Positions 56,960 to 64,000 of a DNA stretch of 64,000 nt are shown piece by piece (position 1 is the first letter of the stretch; every line of letters begins with the position of its first letter). Origin of the DNA: Thermoanaerobaculia bacterium (GTDB taxonomy: Bacteria > Acidobacteriota > Thermoanaerobaculia > Gp7-AA8); the NCBI GenBank assembly GCA_036001325.1, contig DASYUK010000480.1, positions 1,033 to 65,032 on the forward strand. Reading direction: 5' to 3'. A program made the position numbers and the translations under genes. The notes below the pieces were generated by a model. The model saw only the letters and a list, made by a program, of their open reading frames with translations, was not told the origin of the DNA and made no database searches.

Positions 56960-59122
56960 ATGTCGCGATTGTCACGCGTGAGACTGCCGCGTTGGACGCT
57001 CGTCATCGCGGTCATCGCGTTCATCGCGATCGAGTCGTTCTTCGGCTATCTCGCCTTCCTCAATTACCGCCTATCCCGGGAGCTGGTTCACGGGAGTTGG
57101 CGCGATCCCACCGTCGTAGTGTCGGCCGCGGGAAGGCGGGAGCAGGAGGTCATGCGCCTCTACGGCGTCGACTGGAGAGTGACGGCGCCAGTGAGCCTCG
57201 ATTCCCTCCCGCGCTACGTGTCTGAAGCCTTCATCGCCGCCGAGGATGTTCGGTTTCGGCACCATGTGGGCGTCGACCCGATCGGCATCATCCGCGCGCT
57301 CATCGCCAATGTGCGCGGTGGTGGGATCGTCCAGGGCGGCAGCACGATCGATCAGCAGATCATCAAATCGCGCTTCCTGTCACAGGAGAGAACGTGGCGC
57401 CGAAAGTTCGTGGAGTTGTTACTGGCTGTGATTCTCGAGGCGCGATTGAGCAAGGACGAGATCCTCGAGCTCTACCTCAACGAGGTCTACCTCGGCCACT
57501 CCGGCGGCAGCCCGGTTCTCGGCGTCGACGAAGCTTCGCGTCTGTATTTCGCGAAGCCGGCGGAGCGTTTGCGCGTCGACGAAGCGGCGCTCCTGGCCAG
57601 CATCATCCGCGCTCCCAATCGTGACAACCCGCAAAAGCGACCCGATCTCGTGCGTGCCCGGCGCGACGCCATCCTGCGCGTGATGCTCGATCATCGTTGG
57701 ATCGATGACGCGGACTATCGCAGCGCTGTGGCGCGCCCGGTCGACTTCGTCGGCGGCTCAGTGCCCCAACCGCCGTTTCCTTACTACCTGCGCGCAGTGC
57801 GATCGGAGATCGTCAAGCGAATCGGCGTTCGCTCCGTCATCGAAGGCGGGCTGACGATCGTCTGCGAGATCGATCCCGTGGCGCAGCGTGCCGCCGAGCG
57901 CGTGGCCTTGCGCGCGCCGGAGCAGCTCGAGTCGCGATTCTCCTGGATCCGCGCGCAGTCGCGGCAGGAACCGCTGGAGGTGGCGATTCTCTCCGTCGAT
58001 CCGCGCAGCGGAGGCATTCGCGCGCTCGTCGGCGGTCGCGACTTCCGCCTCTCGCCGTTCGATCGCACGACGAACATGCGCCGTCAGCCGGGATCGGCGT
58101 TCAAGACGTTTGCGTACCTTGCCGCGATTGCGTCGCGGCGCGTGACCACGGCGTCGCTGTTGCTCGACGCGCCGGTCAAGATCGAGCTCAATGATCGCGA
58201 ATCGTGGACGCCGCAGAATTACGACGAGCGCTATCGCGGCCGGGTGACTCTGCGCGAAGCATTCGAAGCGTCGCTCAATGTGCCGACCGTGCGCATGACG
58301 CAGCAGGTGGGACTCAGGCGCGTCGTCAACACCGCGGAGAAGTTCGGATTCACCGAAGATCTCGCCGCGATTCCGGCGCTGCCTCTCGGCGTGACCGAAG
58401 TCTCGATGCGCGAGCTCACCGCCGCCTACACACCGTTCCCGAATCTCGGCGTGCGCGTCGAACCGTATCTGCTGACGGAAGTGCGCGACCGGCATGGCCA
58501 GACGCTGTTCCGCAACAAGCCGCAGGAGAAGCGCGTGTGCGAATCGGACGTCGCGTATGTCATGCACTCGCTTCTGCGCGGCGTCGTGCGCCGCGGCACC
58601 GCATCGCGCCTGAAGCGTTATGGCCTCGCGTACGTCGCGGGCAAAACCGGCACGACGAACGATTATCGCGACGCGTGGTTCGTCGGTTACACACCCGACA
58701 TCGTGACGACCGTCTGGGTTGGCTTCGATCACGGCGCACCGCTTCGCCTTTCGTCAGCCGAGGCAGCGATTCCGATCTGGGGAGCGTACATGGCTGCCGT
58801 TCCGCACATTCACGGCGAGCCGAAACCTCCCGCCGGCGTCACATTCCGCGACATCGATCCCGACACGGGCATGCTGTGGGATGAGGGATGTCCTGGTCCG
58901 GTGCATGAGGTTTTTCTCGACGGCACGGCACCGACGCGACATTGCCCGCGCGGCTTCTTCGGCGGCATCATCCGCCGCGTGTTCTTCGACCGCGAGAGCT
59001 TCGACGAACCACCGGCCATCACGTTCGAGAAGTTCCGCGAGTGGGCGAACGAGGTAGATAGGAATCGGAAGGATGTGGAGGGGTTCTTAGGACGACTCAG
59101 GAGAATATTTGGAAAAGATTAG
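56960..59122 (+). CDS. mrcA: bifunctional class A penicillin-binding protein (GT51 transglycosylase + transpeptidase)
   Basis: EDVRFRHHVGVDP, GGSTIDQQ (GT51) and SxxK/SxN/KTG (SAFKTF...KTGTTND) motifs. Confidence 0.9.
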   Translation: MSRLSRVRLPRWTLVIAVIAFIAIESFFGYLAFLNYRLSRELVHGSWRDPTVVVSAAGRREQEVMRLYGVDWRVTAPVSLDSLPRYVSEAFIAAEDVRFRHHVGVDPIGIIRALIANVRGGGIVQGGSTIDQQIIKSRFLSQERTWRRKFVELLLAVILEARLSKDEILELYLNEVYLGHSGGSPVLGVDEASRLYFAKPAERLRVDEAALLASIIRAPNRDNPQKRPDLVRARRDAILRVMLDHRWIDDADYRSAVARPVDFVGGSVPQPPFPYYLRAVRSEIVKRIGVRSVIEGGLTIVCEIDPVAQRAAERVALRAPEQLESRFSWIRAQSRQEPLEVAILSVDPRSGGIRALVGGRDFRLSPFDRTTNMRRQPGSAFKTFAYLAAIASRRVTTASLLLDAPVKIELNDRESWTPQNYDERYRGRVTLREAFEASLNVPTVRMTQQVGLRRVVNTAEKFGFTEDLAAIPALPLGVTEVSMRELTAAYTPFPNLGVRVEPYLLTEVRDRHGQTLFRNKPQEKRVCESDVAYVMHSLLRGVVRRGTASRLKRYGLAYVAGKTGTTNDYRDAWFVGYTPDIVTTVWVGFDHGAPLRLSSAEAAIPIWGAYMAAVPHIHGEPKPPAGVTFRDIDPDTGMLWDEGCPGPVHEVFLDGTAPTRHCPRGFFGGIIRRVFFDRESFDEPPAITFEKFREWANEVDRNRKDVEGFLGRLRRIFGKD

Positions 59123-59136
59123 CCGAAAGGGCCAAT

Positions 59137-59165
59137 TTGACAGTCCAGGTTTGGAGGTCTACATT
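59137..59165 (+). promoter_or_regulatory. sigma-70-like promoter (TTGACA-17 nt-TACATT)
   Basis: Consensus -35 at 59137-59142, 17-nt spacer, -10 TACATT at 59160-59165. Confidence 0.5.
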
Positions 59166-59171
59166 GACCGT

Positions 59172-59240
59172 GCTGGATTGATTTGGGGCCGCTTGCGACC
59201 AGCCTAAAAAAAGCTAAATCGCCGCCGCAGTCGATCGTGA
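59172..59240 (+). promoter_or_regulatory. candidate SAM-II/SAM-V-like riboswitch aptamer in leader of Met-cycle gene
   Basis: GAUUUGGGGCCGCUUGCGACCAGCCUAAAAAAAGCUAAAUC contains the AAAGCUAAA 3' strand typical of SAM-II pseudoknot aptamers (from memory); followed by intrinsic terminator. Confidence 0.35.
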
Positions 59241-59244
59241 CCGG

Positions 59245-59266
59245 CCCCGCTTTGGCGGGGTTTTTT
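59245..59266 (+). terminator. intrinsic terminator (6-bp GC stem + U6) 5 nt upstream of the start codon
   Basis: ccccgc tttg gcgggg tttttt then gtttATG. Confidence 0.55.
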
Positions 59267-59270
59267 GTTT

Positions 59271-61142
<1,872 letters not shown>

Positions 61143-61166
61143 ACCGGCCGGTTGAGAAACCGGCCG

Positions 61167-62273
61167 CTACACCTTTCTGATCACCGCGAGCGTCATGTCG
61201 TCGTCGACCGCTTTTCCGGTCGTAAAGGCGCGCCACTCCGCGACCATCTCGTCGACCAGAGCCTGCGCCGTTCCCGCCGGCTGCCAGCCGGCGATCGCTT
61301 CGACGTACTCATCGCCGAACTCTTTGTCAGTCGCGTTGCGCGCCTCGGTCAAACCGTCGGAATGCAGGAGCAGACGCTCGCCAGGCGAGAGCGTGCCGCA
61401 TCGCTCTTCCCAATGCAGCCCGCTCTTCACGCCGAGGGGATAGGCGCCGGTGCCGATGCGGTCGACGATCTTGCCGGCGATGTCGATCTTCAGAATCTGC
61501 GGATGGCCGGCGAGAGTCGCCACGAATTCGCCGTTCGGCCAGAGCAAAACGTAACAGCAGGAGAAGAACGAGCGCGACGTTCCCGTGCGGCAGAGAATGC
61601 GGTTAAGACTTCCGACGATCGCTGCCGGCGATGGGTCGATATCGAGTTGTGTGCGGAACGCGGCGTGCGCGACGGCCATGACCAATCCGGCGGCCATTCC
61701 GTGGCCCGACGCGTCGCCGAACAATATGGCGATACGGCCGTCGGCGAGCGGAACAAAGTCGTAGATGTCGCCACCGACCGTATTCGCGATGTGATTGAAC
61801 GCGGCGATCTCCCACTCTGCAGTTTTTGGTGGCTGCTTCGGAATCAGGCTGGCCTGCAGCTCGCGCGCGAGCACCAGCTCGTCGCGCATCTTGATCTTGT
61901 CGATCAGCTCCATCGCCAGCAGCAGCATCATGACGATGAATGTAGCCGTGATCTCCGCGAACGTTCGCACTGGCAGCGATTCCATCTTGATCGCCAGGCC
62001 GGCGAGGCAGACAAAGAATGAGATCAGCGAAAGGACGAAGAGCATGCGCCGCAGTGGCGACAGCCGTTTCGCCAGGCCGAAGAGAATGGCGCTTCCTGTT
62101 CGGAACCAACGGCGAACGCGCCGGCGCTCGCCCTCGATCGCCGTGTGATGATCGGCGATGAGAACTTTCTTCGTCTCCGGCCACTCGAGCGCGTAGAGAT
62201 TCGTCAGATCGTCAGCCGTGACTGAATGGATGGTGTTTTTGCCGAGGTCGAACCAGTCGCGGATGCGCGCCAC
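61167..62273 (-). CDS. SpoIIE/RsbU-family PPM phosphatase with 2 N-terminal TM helices
   Basis: GGDIYDF, GDASGHG, HSDGLTEA motifs. Confidence 0.85.
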   Translation of the reverse strand: MARIRDWFDLGKNTIHSVTADDLTNLYALEWPETKKVLIADHHTAIEGERRRVRRWFRTGSAILFGLAKRLSPLRRMLFVLSLISFFVCLAGLAIKMESLPVRTFAEITATFIVMMLLLAMELIDKIKMRDELVLARELQASLIPKQPPKTAEWEIAAFNHIANTVGGDIYDFVPLADGRIAILFGDASGHGMAAGLVMAVAHAAFRTQLDIDPSPAAIVGSLNRILCRTGTSRSFFSCCYVLLWPNGEFVATLAGHPQILKIDIAGKIVDRIGTGAYPLGVKSGLHWEERCGTLSPGERLLLHSDGLTEARNATDKEFGDEYVEAIAGWQPAGTAQALVDEMVAEWRAFTTGKAVDDDMTLAVIRKV

Positions 62274-62395
62274 AAGCGGATTCTACGTGCGCGCGGACGG
62301 CAAGTTGCGTCATGCTGCCCGACCGCGAATGCGACATTGCGCACACAGAGACTCTGACCCACTGGTCAGTTAGCGCTTCCCCCGGAGGAGTGCCG

Positions 62396-62857
62396 CTACC
62401 TTTGTGCAGTCGTCCGGCGCGTCTGCGCGCCGAGGAGACGAGCGGTATCGATGAGCTCCTGAATCGTGGTCTGGTCCTTACCGCTGGCCTGCAATAGGTA
62501 GATGCGAATAGCGCTGCCGACCGGGATGGCCGCGTTGGCCGGGTCGGAGTAGAACCTCTCCAGACCGCTGACCAGCTCGAAGCCGCTGACTTTTCCAGCC
62601 GTAGAGCTCTGGCGCTCTGTTCGGGTTGCGAGGTTCGCGCAGGGCGTGCCAGGACCGGAGCTGATATCGATTTTGCCGAGAGCCTCCTGATAGCCCTGCG
62701 AGTAACCGATGGCCCAGAAGAGCTTTTCGGTGCTGCTCAGCTTCACCCACTCATCGCCGTTCGACGGCGCCGTGATCTCCGGCGCAGCAGGACGATCAGC
62801 CGCAAATCCGACCGTTGCACACAGCAGCAGAAGCACACCCAGGACGGTTTTCTTCAT
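62396..62857 (-). CDS. hypothetical secreted protein
   Basis: Signal peptide MKKTVLGVLLLLCATVGFA; no family recognised. Confidence 0.45.
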   Translation of the reverse strand: MKKTVLGVLLLLCATVGFAADRPAAPEITAPSNGDEWVKLSSTEKLFWAIGYSQGYQEALGKIDISSGPGTPCANLATRTERQSSTAGKVSGFELVSGLERFYSDPANAAIPVGSAIRIYLLQASGKDQTTIQELIDTARLLGAQTRRTTAQR

Positions 62858-62952
62858 GACGCACCTTCTCGAAGAATTGGAGACTCGACTACGACGGAAT
62901 TCCGGTGGATTCTAACGAAAAAGCAATTTGATTGCGATACGATCCGGCGCCG

Positions 62953-64000
62953 GTGAGCAAGAATGTCATTGTCGTCGGCGGCGGCATCGCCGGCCTGGCG
63001 GCCGCCATCTATCTCGCCCGCGGCGGCAGAACCGTCACACTCTTCGAAAAGCGCCGATACCTCGGCGGGCGGGCGATCACACATCTGCGCCATGGGTTCC
63101 GCTTCAACCTCGGCCCGCACACAGTGTTTCGCAAAGGCGCCGGACGGACGGTCTATCGTGAGCTCGGCATTCCGATTCGGGGCGGCCGGGCCAAAACGCG
63201 CGGCGCGGCGATCCTCGGCCGCGAGAGTTACAGGCTGCCCGTGTCGCCGCTCTCGCTTCTCTTCACTTCCCTGCTGAGTGCGAGGGCGAAGATCGAGGCA
63301 GCCGGCCTGCTGATGCGTGTGCGTTCCATGGACACCACCGGCCTGGAATCGATGACCGTTCGGCAGTGGCTCGACACGAATGTCGTCGATGAGCGCCTCC
63401 GCCTGGTCATGGAATCGCTGCTCCGCCTCGCGACGTACTCGTCGGACCTCGAGCAGAGTGCATCCACCGCGCTGCAACAGCTCAAACTGATCCTGCGCGG
63501 CGTTGTCTACATCGATGAAGGATGGCAGAAGATCGTCGATTCGCTGCACAGTCACGCGGTAACCGCGGGGGTGAACTTCGTGACGAGCTCGCGCGTGGTC
63601 CGAGTGGATCACGATGGAGAAGTTCGGGCAGTCGAGCTGGGCGGGCTGGACCTCGAGCAGCGCGACACGACCAACGAGTTCGTGTTCGCCGATCCGACGC
63701 CGAGAGGCGCAAAGGGAGCGCGGCTCGCCGCGGACACCGTGCTGCTGGCCGTCGATCCGGCGACAGCGGGACAGCTCGTGGGCGATGCCGACTTCGCGCG
63801 TGGTTGGCGCGATCTGAAGCCGGTGACCGCGGCCTGCCTCGATATCGCTTTGTCGAAGCTGCCCGAGCCGAAGAACACTCTCGCCATCGGGATCGATCGG
63901 CCGGTCTACTTCGGTGTGCACTCCAGATACGCGCAGCTCACGCCTCGCGGCGGCGCGATGGTGCACCTCGCGAAGTATCAGAGTGAGCCAACGACCATGG
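62953..64000 (+). CDS. FAD/NAD(P)-dependent oxidoreductase (phytoene desaturase/amine oxidase family), GTG start, 3' end outside window
   Basis: Frame starting GTG 62953 encodes KNVIVVGGGIAGLAAAIYLARGGRTVTLFEKRRYLGGRA (GxGxxG + EKR..GGR). Absent from the ORF track only because it runs off the window; the 370-aa minus ORF 62854-63966 is its antisense shadow. Confidence 0.7.
   Translation, partial: MSKNVIVVGGGIAGLAAAIYLARGGRTVTLFEKRRYLGGRAITHLRHGFRFNLGPHTVFRKGAGRTVYRELGIPIRGGRAKTRGAAILGRESYRLPVSPLSLLFTSLLSARAKIEAAGLLMRVRSMDTTGLESMTVRQWLDTNVVDERLRLVMESLLRLATYSSDLEQSASTALQQLKLILRGVVYIDEGWQKIVDSLHSHAVTAGVNFVTSSRVVRVDHDGEVRAVELGGLDLEQRDTTNEFVFADPTPRGAKGARLAADTVLLAVDPATAGQLVGDADFARGWRDLKPVTAACLDIALSKLPEPKNTLAIGIDRPVYFGVHSRYAQLTPRGGAMVHLAKYQSEPTTM

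Noticed and set aside
59265-59270. TTG at 59265 as start of the methyltransferase/MTHFR gene (ORF track MFMQD…)
   Set aside because: TTG lies inside the terminator U-tract; the ATG at 59271 (MQDFIQ…) is the more plausible initiation codon, though neither has an SD.

Overview
This is a high-GC (about 68%), densely coding chromosomal window of roughly 65 CDS. Its gene content (bacillithiol bshC-bshB-bshA genes, an MglA-type GTPase, many FHA/Ser-Thr kinase/PP2C signalling proteins, GGDEF-EAL) suggests an Acidobacteria-like soil bacterium, but that is inference only.

Gene order:
- a SUF Fe-S operon (sufD 3' end, sufS, sufU, DUF59)
- a cluster of small membrane proteins with zinc-ribbon N-termini, including a zinc-ribbon/GspG-pseudopilin-like fusion
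- ddl, an MCE protein, a Phd-RelE TA pair translationally fused to maf, and galU
- a BNR beta-propeller protein and KDPG aldolase
- an mglA-like GTPase plus bshC-bshB-bshA operon
- an Slt lytic transglycosylase, proS, a FadL-like OMP and a VanX-type dipeptidase
- a putative aminoaromatic meta-cleavage operon: LLM oxidoreductase, asparaginase_II-family protein, ALDH, LigB-type dioxygenase beta subunit, LigB-like alpha subunit fused to RidA, and kynurenine-formamidase/cyclase
- GGDEF-EAL, a GT4 glycosyltransferase, Trm112-like, an O-antigen-ligase-like protein, and an ECF sigma / anti-sigma / DUF4097 module
- cyclophilin, an APH-family kinase, NAD-IDH, DUF309, a fused NirDL/AhbAB-like siroheme-decarboxylase homologue with a nitroreductase, CDGSH and lepB
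- an FHA-centred Ser/Thr signalling locus: FHA-GAF-cyclase, PP2C, S1 protease-FHA, ZnR-FHA, STK-FHA and STK-PEGA
- a histone-H1-like basic protein, PBP1A, a riboswitch-like leader ahead of a bifunctional homocysteine-methyltransferase/MTHFR, a SpoIIE-type phosphatase, and a partial FAD oxidoreductase

The most interesting non-coding signals are two repeat families. One is a ~95-nt three-hairpin dispersed repeat (3 copies, each abutting a gene 3' end). The other is a set of long intergenic palindromes built from tandem 7-8-mer units, several of which overlap start codons or RBSs. No rRNA, tRNA, CRISPR, transposase or integrase was recognised.
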